The notes under the pieces are model-generated. The model was not told where the DNA came from. It was given only the letters and a program-made list of their open reading frames with translations, and did not search any database. This document shows positions 1-10,334 of a stretch of DNA of 64,000 nt, piece after piece (the first letter of the stretch is position 1; every line of letters begins with the position of its first letter). The position numbers and the translations under genes were made by a program. Source of the DNA: a virus; IMG/VR virus record IMGVR_UViG_3300013132_005564, positions 20,499 to 84,498 of that record; one strand, given 5' to 3'.

Positions 1-3000
1 AACGGCTGGCCGTCCAGTGACGACTTCCAGCCCGACGAAGAAGGTCCAGCCTTCGTCGCCGGCCGGGATGCGCTGACAGGCAGGGAGATTCGCGTCCCAC
101 TGAGACAGGTTCTGATGAGCCACTCACCACCGTCCCGCGAGAGGGGGGAGTTCGATGCGATCGCCTTCGGTCGTTTCGGTTTCTCGACAGAATCGGGACC
201 GATGGTGACAGACCGGGCAACCGAGGCCGACTCCGTCAGCGCCGGGATGTCGGGGGACGACCGGTGGAAACCGACGCCAAGCTACGGTGAAGGCAGGCGG
301 CCAAAGTTCATATACACCGTCGTCGACGCCGTGCTCGGGGACGACAACAGACTTGATCAGTACGGGGTCGTCCGGATCGACGCGGCCTATGTTGCCGCCG
401 GTCGTATTCCTACGAGGTACATGCTGGACACTATCTACGCGTTGCAGAGCCTGGACGCATCGATCGGTGCGCCGTACGACCACGGGTACCACTTCCTCAG
501 GTTCGTGTACCCGAGCTCCGGGCCGACAGAAGGACTCAAGAGCGACGCGGTCAGGATGATACTCGATCCCACCATCGTCTTCGGACGGTGGAACCCTGAC
601 GAGAAGCGACTCTACATCCTTGCGCGAGAACCAGACATGTCGGGGGATTGGAACGTCGCGCTGTATCCCCTCGACGATTTTCCCACGGGACCCAACAAAT
701 ACGACTGGACTCGCCGAGAACTGATAGAGCACCCAGACGTGACAAGCGGAACTCTGTCAACGTACGTTCTCGGCAGGGAAATGGGCCCTGACGGCAAGTG
801 GCGCCAGAGGGTTTTCAACACGAGCCGGATGAAAGCGGACACTGGCCCGATGGACGAGGTTTTCCCGATCGGACCGTTGAGCGTCCCGGACCGCGTCGCT
901 ACCTGGAGCGACGGGCCGACGCCCGAGACGGAGCCGTCCGACGCTCCGAGAATCAAACCAACGGACCCCGCACCGTCAACCGAACCGCGGACGCCGAGGA
1001 AGCGACCCGCCGCGCCCTCTTTCTCCGGGGCAAAGGACGTCCCGACCGAAACCGACGACACGGTCATCGAGGACATGGAGGCTCCGCGACCGGAGGCTTT
1101 CGTTGGCGACGAGCCGACCACAATGCCCGTTGATCCCAAGAAGGTCAAGGAGGCGGAGATCGTCGACAAAACAAAAACCCCGCTGCCCACGGCCCGCGAC
1201 GTGGCGATAGGCCTTGCGGCCAACGATCCCGTCGTGATCGAGGCGCGAAGGAACGACGAGGCCAAGTGGTGGCAGAAGCTCAAGCAGAAATTGCTGAGGA
1301 CAAAAATACTCAAGACCTGGAACCCCGAGACCAACGAAATCAAGGACGAGAACGACAACGCTGTGCTCAACCCAGTCACGGGCAGGAAGCAGTACCGATT
1401 GCCGTTCAGGGCGGCGTGGAAGCCGTGGGGCAACCCGATCGCCGCAGACGGAACCGAGAGCGACGAGCTCGGGTTCAAGGGCTCGATGGACCTCGCCGGA
1501 GGGTGGCGGGACATTTTCAAAATCATGTCGCGCAAGCGTCTTGCGTTCGTCGACATAGAGACGACCGGAATAGTGGACGACAGGACCGGTGGTCCAGTGC
1601 AGATCGCCGTCCACGTCGTGGAGCCGGGCGGGGACTGGAACAACCCGAAAATAATCAACGTCTACATTCGACCAGAAGAGGAACTCTCGGACTGGGCCAG
1701 GGACAACCTGAAAGTCAAGATCGGCGACAAGACAATCCCGATACAGGAGGCGCTGGCTTCGCACCCCGAGATCTTCGTGTCAAAGGAGGAGGCGCGCAAA
1801 ATTTTGGCGGAAGCGGTCGGCAACGACTCCGTGATCATATCGCACAACTGGCGCTCGTTCGACTCGCGGGTATGGAACGACGTGATGGGCGACCATCCCA
1901 CCGAGGGATGGGTGGACACCCTTGCGCTGGCCAATTGGTTGTTCGCCGTGGACAAGGAGAGGTTCGGCGTCATGGCCAAACAGCTGAAGGAAGCCCTCGG
2001 TGCTGCCGGCGACTCCAAGGTTGCCCGCAACGCGGCCTACGACCGCCTGTCGACACCTTTCGTCGCATGGCTCAAGAAGGCCGTGAAGATTGACAAGCCG
2101 GGTGGCAAGTCGTGGGGCAAGAGGTTCCAGGAGAGGATACACGCGATCGACAGGCTTTACCGTTTCGCCACCGGACCGCTGTGGTACAAGGAGAGGTTGT
2201 CCGTAAACGGCAACTGGTGGCCGGATCCGTATGCCTCGACCAAGAACGAGGCGCTCGCCCTGTACTTCGGTCACCCCATCCTCAAGGCTCACGACGCAAA
2301 CGCCGACATAGAGGCGACGCGCAGGAACCTGCTCGCCATGATAGAGCTCGGCGACAAGTGGGGCGCGGCGAGGTTCATGTTCGACAGGGACTCAAATGAC
2401 CTGCTCGTCAGCAAGGAGGACGAAACGTGGGCGCTGAACTACAGTGCCTGGAAGCAAGCCCATCAGGGGATCGGTGCCCCCACCGAGAACTTGTTCGCTC
2501 CGAGGGACACCAGTGCGCCGGGCGACGCGCCGTCACCATCGGACGGAACCCGTCGTCCGGACGCCCCGGGTGGATCACCGGACGAACCGACAACCCCGAG
2601 CGAACCCTCAGCCCCCGGCGGGGGAGACAGGCCACCGGGCGGTCCTAGACCGCCCAGACCACCGGGGGCGACTCCGCGCGGCCCGACACCGGACCCGGAC
2701 AGGGTGCCGAGCGGCTCCTATGGGAACGGCGTCCGGATCTACAAGGGGATCGGCGGAAAGTACGTGGAGATGAACTCGATTGCCCCGGCCACCGACGCGG
2801 AAACGGCAGCTTTTTTTGTGGCGAACTTGTTCGTTGCCCGCCAGGACGGCATAGGTTTCCAGTTCACATACGGAGTCGCTCCAGACGGAACCCCGAGGAC
2901 GTACAGGCTCCTGTCGATCGAGGTTGTCCCCAAGCCCGGTTTGACACCGGAGGAGGCGAGGAGGGCAGGCATCGGTGGGTTCGTGATCCTCGGGTTGGAC

Positions 3001-6000
3001 GCCGCCGACGGAAGACAAAAGACGTTCGACTTTGATTTGGTCAACCTCAGGGACAGGGCCTTCACGTCGGAACCCGGATTCACGAAAGTGCCTTTGCCGA
3101 CCGACGTGTACGGGGGGAAGGATGAGATGAGCCTCACCAAGGACCAGTACGTCGATCTCTCCAGAAGACGCAGGTTCAACAACGACAACCGGACGACGGA
3201 CGGACCCATGGCCGGTATGTCTGGTCTGACGAACAGGGACGGGTACTCCGATTCTCCGTCCTACTGGAGAGTGACCGAGCAGGACGTGGAGGCGGACCGC
3301 CTGAGCGACGCAGGTCTCGCGGAAAGACTCAGGTCCGACAAGGTGAGACTGGAGAATCTCATAAACCTCGGCCCGTCGGGCAACTCAGACGCGTCCAGCG
3401 TCCTCGACTCGATAGCGGCGACGCAGAGGGTGATGAGGATCAGATCCAACCAGGGCCCCGACCACAACGGAATATCCGTGACCAAGGCCGACTCCGACTA
3501 CTCGCTCTCGGGCGACTTCGTCGGGGCCCCGGGCACCCTCGGTTCCACATATTCACTGCCGGCGAACCCGACCGAGCTGAGGCGCGAGCTCAGAAGGAAC
3601 GCCGATCTATCCGTGAACCTAAACATGGCGCTGCTGTCGGACGGGCCGGGCAGGGCGCTGGACAGGCTCGCACGCATCTCGAGAATTCCGAGGGGGGAGA
3701 TCGTCGCCCGACTGACCTCGCACGACTACGGAACGTACGCAGATGCGGCTTCCGAAAGGATATTCATGTCCGTGGCGGACGGTGTTCGTCGGGGCGAGAA
3801 CACCCCGTCATCTCTCGGGTTGCTGGTCGATCCAGCACTCGATCTCCAGCCCGCCTCCGCAGCCGTCGTCGCCTCGTCGCGGGCGATGGGCCTCAACGTT
3901 CACGGAACTCCAGAGATGATGGTCGGAGATAGGGACAGATACGGAGCGGTGGAGCTGATTGATCTGCTGGCCGATTTCAACGAGACCGTCGGGGACCTCT
4001 TCTCGCTGGCGTCCACAAGCAACGAGACGGACCCACGGTTCAGGGTCAGGTCCAGGGTGATGAGAGGGAAACTTGCAGAGATCGCAAGGGAGGTCGGCAA
4101 CCGTCACCATCGCTCGCTGGGCGCAGGCACCGATTCGTTGCAGGCGGGCGCGCAGGCCGGCATGGGCAACCCGGACCCCGACCTGCGCCGCTTGATGAGC
4201 GAGTTCGTGCGAATGGCCCCCTCCATGAATTTCGAGTCCGTCACGGACGCAGGGTTCGACGAGGATTGGAAGCGTCTCTCCGACCAGGTAATCGACGACT
4301 TCGTACGGCGGCCGGGCCGGGGAACGGAGCAGGCGTTCTCCTCGTTCGGCGATGCGCTGAAAGGCAGGGCGAGCGTTGTCGGTCGGACGATCGACCGAAT
4401 AATCGACCCGAGCAAAGCCCCCATCCCGGCGAATTCCCCATTGGGACGCGAGGTGGTCAAGTCCACCGCGAAGATCCTCGCACTCATCTACGACCTGAGG
4501 TTCGGATCGACGGACATGCTCGGACTTCTGGCTTCCACGCCAGGGGCGGGCCCGGGCTCCGGAACCAGCGGGCTGGACGTTACCTACAAGATGATTGATT
4601 CCGGCGCCGCCGCGCTGTTCGCCAGGGGCGGCCGAAAGGCGCTGGTCGCGTATCTGGTGGAGGCCGTGAGCCTTGGTCTGGTGCCTGCCGGCAGGGCCAT
4701 GGGGATTCTTGACAGGCTGTCCCCCTCCCCCGGGACCGCGGCGATATCCTCGGGAGCCGAGGCAGCCATGGGTCGGTCGGGCGGTTCCTCGCCGTTCGGC
4801 GACGCCGACGGAATACCGATACTGAGCGGATCAAAGTGGCTCGACGCGAGGCTGCACGCCATATACGGCTCGGTGGAATACGAGAAAGTTGCCAGAGGCA
4901 TAGGCGAGCGTTTCGCCGACCTTGCCTCGCGAGACTGGGACAACCCGACCGACGACGATCTCGTTGACATCCATCATTACTCGCAGATGGTTCAACACGA
5001 CGATTTGATAGAGCGCTTCACCATGACGGGTGGCGGCGCCGCCCCGAGAGGGGGAACGACCGACACTTTTTACGCTGGGCGGAGCGGCTTGGACGTCACC
5101 ATCGACAAGGTGTCCGCTCTTGCCGAGGTTTCCCCGGAGAGGGTCGACGAGTTGATGTGGCGCGGCGCGCAGGTTTCACAAATAAGGAGGCTCGCCGCAA
5201 TGGATCCCTTCTCGAGGGCGGAGGAGCTGAACTCCGTGCGCAGGAAGCGCGCTCTCGCCAGGCAGCTTGCCGGCACAAGCGGCGGACCGATCGGCACAGA
5301 CGGGTTCTCGTCCCTCAATTTCTCCGGGAGGACGCAGCAAGAGGACTCCTTCCTTGATGAGGCACTGGCGCAGGCGCTCGACCAGGAAACGCTCTTCCTC
5401 GGCTTGATAAACGACATGAAGAGAGACGGCGGATCCGACGCTGGGATGGCCAAGCGGAATTTCGTTCCGCAGAGGTACGACATCAAACCGGTCAAGGACG
5501 GATTCGTTATCATCGACATGAGCAACAGGAACGCGGTATCGAGCCGCGTGTTCAAGAGCAGGAGGCGCGCCCTCGACGGGGCCCGCAGAATGGACGTCGG
5601 CGACAGCCGCTTTGACCCGTTCGGTCCCGAGACGCCCGACGGCGCGCCTGCGACAATCGCCGAATCGTTCGCAAATGATCCGAGGACGGCCAGGATCTTC
5701 CAGTCTCAATCGGGGGCCTCGCGGGCCCGCCTCGAAACGGACAGCAAGATCTCGTCCGACGAGAGCGGGTTACCGAGCAGACTGACCCTGTCTGGGCCGC
5801 GCGGACCGGCGGAGATCACCAAGGAGTTCGCAGCCGGGACTTTGAGGATGTTCGACAACGGGGCTTCCTCAATCCCCAATCCTTCACCGGAGGAGGCCTC
5901 GACGACGAGATTGATCTCCGGCTACGTCTCCACAAACGCAATGATCGAGACCGTGCTCGGGAGGCTCGACACGATCGCGCGAATGAGTCGCTCGAGGATT

Positions 6001-6258
6001 GACGAGTCGGCCGAGGAAATTGAAATGATGGTCGTTTTCCTCGGGAGGATGCAGAAGCGCAGGAATTACTTCTACAACCAGTTGATTGACAGACTCGGCG
6101 ACGACAATCCGACCACCGCAACAATAAACAAGTGGCACGACGAAAGGGCCGGCATCGGGCGCGAGTCGTCGCAAATTGGGGACGGCGGGCTTCCGCGCTA
6201 CGTCCTGCCAGAGGGATTGACCGACGGAATGAGTTTCAAATCACTGTCAATTGTTTAG
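1..6258 (+). CDS. Giant multidomain (polyprotein-like) protein, 5'-truncated; DEDDh 3'-5' exonuclease and WYL-like domains
   Basis: Frame is open from base 1 (NGWPSSDDFQ...), so the true start lies upstream of the window. DEDDh motifs FVDIETTG / HNWRSFD / VDTLALA / HDANAD at ~1540-2340. WYL-like segment FQFTY...RTY...ILGLDAADGRQKTFDFDLV at ~2845-3050. AGM/AAM linkers at 241, 3211, 4156, 4762, 5440. Confidence 0.85.
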   Translation, partial: NGWPSSDDFQPDEEGPAFVAGRDALTGREIRVPLRQVLMSHSPPSRERGEFDAIAFGRFGFSTESGPMVTDRATEADSVSAGMSGDDRWKPTPSYGEGRRPKFIYTVVDAVLGDDNRLDQYGVVRIDAAYVAAGRIPTRYMLDTIYALQSLDASIGAPYDHGYHFLRFVYPSSGPTEGLKSDAVRMILDPTIVFGRWNPDEKRLYILAREPDMSGDWNVALYPLDDFPTGPNKYDWTRRELIEHPDVTSGTLSTYVLGREMGPDGKWRQRVFNTSRMKADTGPMDEVFPIGPLSVPDRVATWSDGPTPETEPSDAPRIKPTDPAPSTEPRTPRKRPAAPSFSGAKDVPTETDDTVIEDMEAPRPEAFVGDEPTTMPVDPKKVKEAEIVDKTKTPLPTARDVAIGLAANDPVVIEARRNDEAKWWQKLKQKLLRTKILKTWNPETNEIKDENDNAVLNPVTGRKQYRLPFRAAWKPWGNPIAADGTESDELGFKGSMDLAGGWRDIFKIMSRKRLAFVDIETTGIVDDRTGGPVQIAVHVVEPGGDWNNPKIINVYIRPEEELSDWARDNLKVKIGDKTIPIQEALASHPEIFVSKEEARKILAEAVGNDSVIISHNWRSFDSRVWNDVMGDHPTEGWVDTLALANWLFAVDKERFGVMAKQLKEALGAAGDSKVARNAAYDRLSTPFVAWLKKAVKIDKPGGKSWGKRFQERIHAIDRLYRFATGPLWYKERLSVNGNWWPDPYASTKNEALALYFGHPILKAHDANADIEATRRNLLAMIELGDKWGAARFMFDRDSNDLLVSKEDETWALNYSAWKQAHQGIGAPTENLFAPRDTSAPGDAPSPSDGTRRPDAPGGSPDEPTTPSEPSAPGGGDRPPGGPRPPRPPGATPRGPTPDPDRVPSGSYGNGVRIYKGIGGKYVEMNSIAPATDAETAAFFVANLFVARQDGIGFQFTYGVAPDGTPRTYRLLSIEVVPKPGLTPEEARRAGIGGFVILGLDAADGRQKTFDFDLVNLRDRAFTSEPGFTKVPLPTDVYGGKDEMSLTKDQYVDLSRRRRFNNDNRTTDGPMAGMSGLTNRDGYSDSPSYWRVTEQDVEADRLSDAGLAERLRSDKVRLENLINLGPSGNSDASSVLDSIAATQRVMRIRSNQGPDHNGISVTKADSDYSLSGDFVGAPGTLGSTYSLPANPTELRRELRRNADLSVNLNMALLSDGPGRALDRLARISRIPRGEIVARLTSHDYGTYADAASERIFMSVADGVRRGENTPSSLGLLVDPALDLQPASAAVVASSRAMGLNVHGTPEMMVGDRDRYGAVELIDLLADFNETVGDLFSLASTSNETDPRFRVRSRVMRGKLAEIAREVGNRHHRSLGAGTDSLQAGAQAGMGNPDPDLRRLMSEFVRMAPSMNFESVTDAGFDEDWKRLSDQVIDDFVRRPGRGTEQAFSSFGDALKGRASVVGRTIDRIIDPSKAPIPANSPLGREVVKSTAKILALIYDLRFGSTDMLGLLASTPGAGPGSGTSGLDVTYKMIDSGAAALFARGGRKALVAYLVEAVSLGLVPAGRAMGILDRLSPSPGTAAISSGAEAAMGRSGGSSPFGDADGIPILSGSKWLDARLHAIYGSVEYEKVARGIGERFADLASRDWDNPTDDDLVDIHHYSQMVQHDDLIERFTMTGGGAAPRGGTTDTFYAGRSGLDVTIDKVSALAEVSPERVDELMWRGAQVSQIRRLAAMDPFSRAEELNSVRRKRALARQLAGTSGGPIGTDGFSSLNFSGRTQQEDSFLDEALAQALDQETLFLGLINDMKRDGGSDAGMAKRNFVPQRYDIKPVKDGFVIIDMSNRNAVSSRVFKSRRRALDGARRMDVGDSRFDPFGPETPDGAPATIAESFANDPRTARIFQSQSGASRARLETDSKISSDESGLPSRLTLSGPRGPAEITKEFAAGTLRMFDNGASSIPNPSPEEASTTRLISGYVSTNAMIETVLGRLDTIARMSRSRIDESAEEIEMMVVFLGRMQKRRNYFYNQLIDRLGDDNPTTATINKWHDERAGIGRESSQIGDGGLPRYVLPEGLTDGMSFKSLSIV

Positions 6259-6311
6259 CTAATGTCAACTTGCACTTCCTTCATTGGTAGTGCTCTACAA
6301 TGGGAGGCGCC

Positions 6312-8105
6312 ATGAAAATTTTGCGGAATCAGGACACCAAGTCGGCGACGTCAGAATACGTCCTATCGCTCGCAGAGCTCCAGGAACTGGAGGAAAACGA
6401 GCCGGATGACGACCTCCTGCTCCCGGTCCCGAAGGGGGACCGGTTCTACGCCAAGCAAGCCATTGACGACGTCCTCTCCGGTTACATGATGAGTTCCAGC
6501 GCCGTCTACGACGGCATAATCATCCACGACGCAAAGACGATCGGCCCAGAACTGGCAAAGGACTTGCGGGATGCGCTGGTCTTCGTCTGGGAGCAAAAGG
6601 CCCTCGGGGCCACCATCGGCGGCGGCAAGCCGTCGGGTGGCGGCTCCGCCGAAGACATGATCGACAGGGACGGGGACGGATACATTTACGACGGAACCCC
6701 GCAGGAGCAAAGAGTTCCGTACAAGCGCCGCGACGGCAAACCGGTCGGCGGGGGTGCTCCTGAGGGGATGGAGGCGCGACGCAGGCAGTTCGTGCGTGGC
6801 GAGGCCGCCAGGCAGGGCGTGCAACTAAACCGGGGCCCGAAACGATCGGAGCAGGAGAGAAGATTCAGGACCGAGGCGAGAGCGCGATTCGACAGGATAG
6901 CGCTCGAGGGTGAGGGATTCATTCCCGCCGACAGAATAGAAGCGGGAGATAAGCGCAATTTCGAGAACCGCATGGGTGACGTCAACGCGGGAAGAGTCGA
7001 CGATCAGGGCAGAAGCGGTTTCGGTTACGGTGGGGAGCCAGCTCCGTTCAATCCGGGACAGCGAGGCAAAAGACCCGACACCTCCTTCCAGGACAACGAG
7101 GACGCCCGCAACCAAGGCAAGCGCCCCGCCGGCAGGCCCGTGGACAGGCTGCCCGGTGCAGGCGGACCAAGCGGGAGTCTCAACCCCGGACAACGAGGGG
7201 CCAGACCCGACACGTCCAATCAACGAGCGGAAGACGCTCGCAATCAAGGCAAGCGCCCCGCCGGGAGACCGGTCGACAGACTGCCAGGAGCGGGCGGTCC
7301 CGGCTACGACGAATCTTTCGGTAGAAACGAAAGTCGTCGTCAGCAGGGAATGCGTCCCGCGGACACCTCGAATCAGAGAGCGGAAACGGCTCGTCAAGCT
7401 GGGTCTCGTCCGCAAAGACCGGTCGACAGGCTTGGTGCGGCAGGTGGCCCCGGTTACGACGAATCTTCCAATAGAGCTGAGTCCGCCAGGATGCAGGGAA
7501 TGCGTCCTGCCGATACCTCTTCGCAGAGGGCGGAAAGCGCAAGACAAGGCGCCGCTCGTCCGCAAAGACCGGTGGATCGTCTGACTGGTCCCGGTTACGA
7601 CGAATCTTCCAATAGAGCCGAGTCGGCGAGAATGGGTAGGTCTCGTCCGGCCGACACTTCTTCTCAGCGGGCGGAAAGCACTAGGCAAAATCGCTCACGC
7701 CCACAGGGTCCTGCCGACAGAATTTCTGGCCCCGGTTACGACGAATCTTCCAATAGAGCCGAAGACTCGAGAATGCAGGGTCGTCGCCCGACGGACACCT
7801 CCAACCAAAGGGCCGAGTCATCCAGACAAGGAGCGTCGCGCCCGAATCGCCCAGTAGACAGACTTGGCGGATCCGGAAATCGCAGGGCCGACGGATCTAG
7901 CAACGCGGCCGAACGAAACAGAATGAATAGATCTCGTCCGGCGGACCGTTCTTCGCAACGAAACGAAGACGCTAGACAGGGACGCGCCGCTTCGGGAACG
8001 AGGAACGCCCAGCAGAGACCGCCCGACAGGATCGACACCTCGGGCAACAGATCTCGTAGATTCGGCAGAGGGCAAAGCGACTACCTATACGGTGGCGACG
8101 CGTAA
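6312..8105 (+). CDS. Putative internal head protein with KALGATIGG/DRDGDG motif and R/G/Q/S-rich repeats
   Basis: ORF 6300-8105; GGAGG before ATG 6312 favours that start. Shared motif at 6597-6710; C-terminal half made of imperfect repeats. Confidence 0.75.
   Translation: MKILRNQDTKSATSEYVLSLAELQELEENEPDDDLLLPVPKGDRFYAKQAIDDVLSGYMMSSSAVYDGIIIHDAKTIGPELAKDLRDALVFVWEQKALGATIGGGKPSGGGSAEDMIDRDGDGYIYDGTPQEQRVPYKRRDGKPVGGGAPEGMEARRRQFVRGEAARQGVQLNRGPKRSEQERRFRTEARARFDRIALEGEGFIPADRIEAGDKRNFENRMGDVNAGRVDDQGRSGFGYGGEPAPFNPGQRGKRPDTSFQDNEDARNQGKRPAGRPVDRLPGAGGPSGSLNPGQRGARPDTSNQRAEDARNQGKRPAGRPVDRLPGAGGPGYDESFGRNESRRQQGMRPADTSNQRAETARQAGSRPQRPVDRLGAAGGPGYDESSNRAESARMQGMRPADTSSQRAESARQGAARPQRPVDRLTGPGYDESSNRAESARMGRSRPADTSSQRAESTRQNRSRPQGPADRISGPGYDESSNRAEDSRMQGRRPTDTSNQRAESSRQGASRPNRPVDRLGGSGNRRADGSSNAAERNRMNRSRPADRSSQRNEDARQGRAASGTRNAQQRPPDRIDTSGNRSRRFGRGQSDYLYGGDA
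7040..7960 (+). repeat. Imperfect in-frame tandem repeats (GPGYDESSNRAESAR..G.RPADTS.QRAE..RQ...RP.RPVDRL)
   Basis: Repeated DNA such as ggttacgacgaatcttccaatagagc occurs three times, and the peptide unit recurs several times. Confidence 0.85.
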
Positions 8106-8117
8106 ACGAGCGAGTCA

Positions 8118-8321
8118 ATGAACGGCAGACCAAGCGGCGGGTACACCCGCGGGAACCGTGTTATGGGTTATGATAAACCTACACAAAATAACGCAGTCAA
8201 ATTGAAATATCACTGCATTGCGACGGGCGAGAAACGCCAGTTTCCGTGCGGCAGTTGCGTCAACCACAAGGGTTGCCTGGCGACGACGATGCAATACAAG
8301 GAGCGAAAACATGGAACCTGA
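8118..8321 (+). CDS. Small Cys-rich (putative Zn-binding) protein
   Basis: 67 aa ORF filling the gap; HCIATGEKRQFPCGSCVNHKGC resembles MCKATGETVMEPCAECKGDC in the next gene. Confidence 0.6.
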   Translation: MNGRPSGGYTRGNRVMGYDKPTQNNAVKLKYHCIATGEKRQFPCGSCVNHKGCLATTMQYKERKHGT

Positions 8322-10323
8322 GACCGGAGCACCAACCGTAAAGATCGGCGACGACGGTCAGGTCTTGCAGTGCGCCAAGGGTGCCGAGACGGCTGCCTGC
8401 GGCTACAAGGCCGGTGACGCCGTTTGCGCGGCGTGCGGCGCCACGGCGGTCGAGGTGAAGATGTACGGCGAAGACGGTGCCGACGGAATGATGTGCAAGG
8501 CGACCGGCGAGACGGTGATGGAACCCTGCGCCGAGTGCAAGGGCGACTGCTCCGCGATGGCCTTCAAGGGCGAAATGCCCGCCCAGTTGCTCGAAAGATT
8601 CAAGAAGAAGAAGAAGACGGGTGGCAAGAATCCGTTCGCCGAGGAAGACGAGGAAGACGAGGAAGACGAGGAGATGTCGGAGAAGGGCGAAATGCCCGCC
8701 CAGTTGCTCGAAAGATTCAAGAAGAAGAAGAAGACGGGTGGCAAGAATCCGTTCGCCGAGGAAGACGAGGAAGACGAGGAGATGTCGGAAAAGGTCGCCA
8801 TGTACGGCGCCCCGCCGGCGAGAGCCTATGGCGACTTCTCTGACGACGAGGAGCTGGGAATCGTGCAGGAAGCCGACACGGAGGACGACGAGGAGCTCGA
8901 CATTGAGGAGCCGGAAATGGAAGATCCCGACGAGGAGGTCTCCGGGTCGTACAGCAAAGGTGTTGGCGGACGACGGAGGGTGCCGGTAAGACCACGACGG
9001 ACGAAGGGTGCCTACACCGGCGACCCCATGGACGACGAGGATTACGACGACGAGGAAGAGGAGGGGATGGAGGAGCTGTCCCTTGACGAAGAAATGGACG
9101 AACCAGGCGAAGTCGAAATGCAGGAAGACATGGAGAGATCGGGTTACATGTACCGAAAGTCGGACTATGCGAACCTGAGGCTCGCAACGATGGGCTTCAA
9201 GCAGGGCGAGATGGGGACCAACCCGTTCGTGTGCGCAATCGAGAGGAAGCTGTACCCCGCCAACTCTCCCGTGTGCGAGAACTGCCCCGGTGGTTGCGTG
9301 AAGGAGGGCGACATGCCCGCGCTCCTGGAGATGGAGGGCGTCGCCGAGGACATGTTCAGCGGCAAGGTCCTTGACTCGGGTTACTCGGACAAAGCCGACA
9401 TCTTCGTCGTCGACGTGGAACGCAAGGACGGAAAGCCGGTGGAGGTGTTCTTCGACGGCACGACCGGAGAGTGCTACGGATGGCACATGCTCAACGACGA
9501 AGTCCTGAACGTGAAGTCTGGATTCCGCCCGAGCGAGATGATCGGGTTCTCGGAGGCTGCGCAGATAGCCACCAAGAGCATCAACGGCGACGTCGTGTCC
9601 GTCGAGGCAGATCTCTTCGAGGGTTTCGACAGCTACGCAGTCGAGATAGAGGGCGTGGACGGCAAGTCGTACGACGTGTTCGTGTCCCTTGACGGCGACA
9701 TTCTCGGATACGACACCTACACGCAGCAGGAGGCCTTCGCCATTGAGTCCGAGGCCGCCGAGATAGCCCTCAAGCGCGCCTACGGCGACGACGTCAGGAA
9801 GCAGATGGCCGAGCGCGGCGACGCCATGGAGGACGGGGAGATGCCCATCGCAAACGACTCGGACCTGAGGAACGCCGTGATGTCGTGGCCGAGGTCCAAG
9901 AAGCGCACCGAGGCGAAGGAGCACATCATGGCGAGGGCCAGGGTCCTCGGTCTCGAAAAGTCGCTCCCAGACGAGTGGTTGCAGGAGAAGAAGCAGAACG
10001 AGGAGGCGAAGGGGGACGCCAACTTCCTCTCGAGTCTTGCCGAGTTCGAGCTGATCACCGAGGAGATCAAGTCGTCCAACTCCGAAGAGGATGAGGCCGA
10101 GCTGTACTTCAAGCGGATGTTCAGCGACGAGCAGCGCGAGGACGAGGCCAAGAAGGGCAACGCCCTACCCGACGGCTCGTACCCGATAGTCAACGAGACT
10201 GACCTCAAGAACGCGATCCAGGCGTACGGCAGGGCCAAGGACAAGGACAAGGCCAGGGCCCACATCGTCAAGCGCGCCAAGTCCCTCGGCAAAGAGGATT
10301 TGATTCCGGAAAACTGGAACTAA
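8311..10323 (+). CDS. Acidic head-associated protein: Cys clusters, two PepSY-like segments, two C-terminal LPDGSYPI..DL.NAI repeats
   Basis: AAGGAG before ATG 8311 (MEPETG). Very D/E-rich middle. PepSY-like EAAQIATKSINGDVVSVE...YAVEIEGVDGKSYDVFVS. Duplicated C-terminal domain (DGEMPIANDSDLRNAV / DGSYPIVNETDLKNAI) of a type I recognise from phage head/protease-associated proteins. Confidence 0.7.
   Translation: MEPETGAPTVKIGDDGQVLQCAKGAETAACGYKAGDAVCAACGATAVEVKMYGEDGADGMMCKATGETVMEPCAECKGDCSAMAFKGEMPAQLLERFKKKKKTGGKNPFAEEDEEDEEDEEMSEKGEMPAQLLERFKKKKKTGGKNPFAEEDEEDEEMSEKVAMYGAPPARAYGDFSDDEELGIVQEADTEDDEELDIEEPEMEDPDEEVSGSYSKGVGGRRRVPVRPRRTKGAYTGDPMDDEDYDDEEEEGMEELSLDEEMDEPGEVEMQEDMERSGYMYRKSDYANLRLATMGFKQGEMGTNPFVCAIERKLYPANSPVCENCPGGCVKEGDMPALLEMEGVAEDMFSGKVLDSGYSDKADIFVVDVERKDGKPVEVFFDGTTGECYGWHMLNDEVLNVKSGFRPSEMIGFSEAAQIATKSINGDVVSVEADLFEGFDSYAVEIEGVDGKSYDVFVSLDGDILGYDTYTQQEAFAIESEAAEIALKRAYGDDVRKQMAERGDAMEDGEMPIANDSDLRNAVMSWPRSKKRTEAKEHIMARARVLGLEKSLPDEWLQEKKQNEEAKGDANFLSSLAEFELITEEIKSSNSEEDEAELYFKRMFSDEQREDEAKKGNALPDGSYPIVNETDLKNAIQAYGRAKDKDKARAHIVKRAKSLGKEDLIPENWN
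8566..8790 (+). repeat. Near-perfect in-frame tandem duplication (117 nt + 108 nt) encoding KGEMPAQLLERFKKKKKTGGKNPFAEEDEEDEE(DEE)MSE
   Basis: Two near-identical DNA units start at 8566 and 8683; the second lacks one DEE unit. Confidence 0.95.
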
Positions 10324-10334
10324 GGGGGATCGAG

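Noticed and set aside
6270-6301. TTGCAC...TACAAT sigma-70 promoter
   Set aside because: Spacer is 20 nt, too long to call with confidence.
7040-8790. Repeats resembling a CRISPR array
   Set aside because: Units are in-frame, degenerate and lack unique spacers of constant length; no cas genes.
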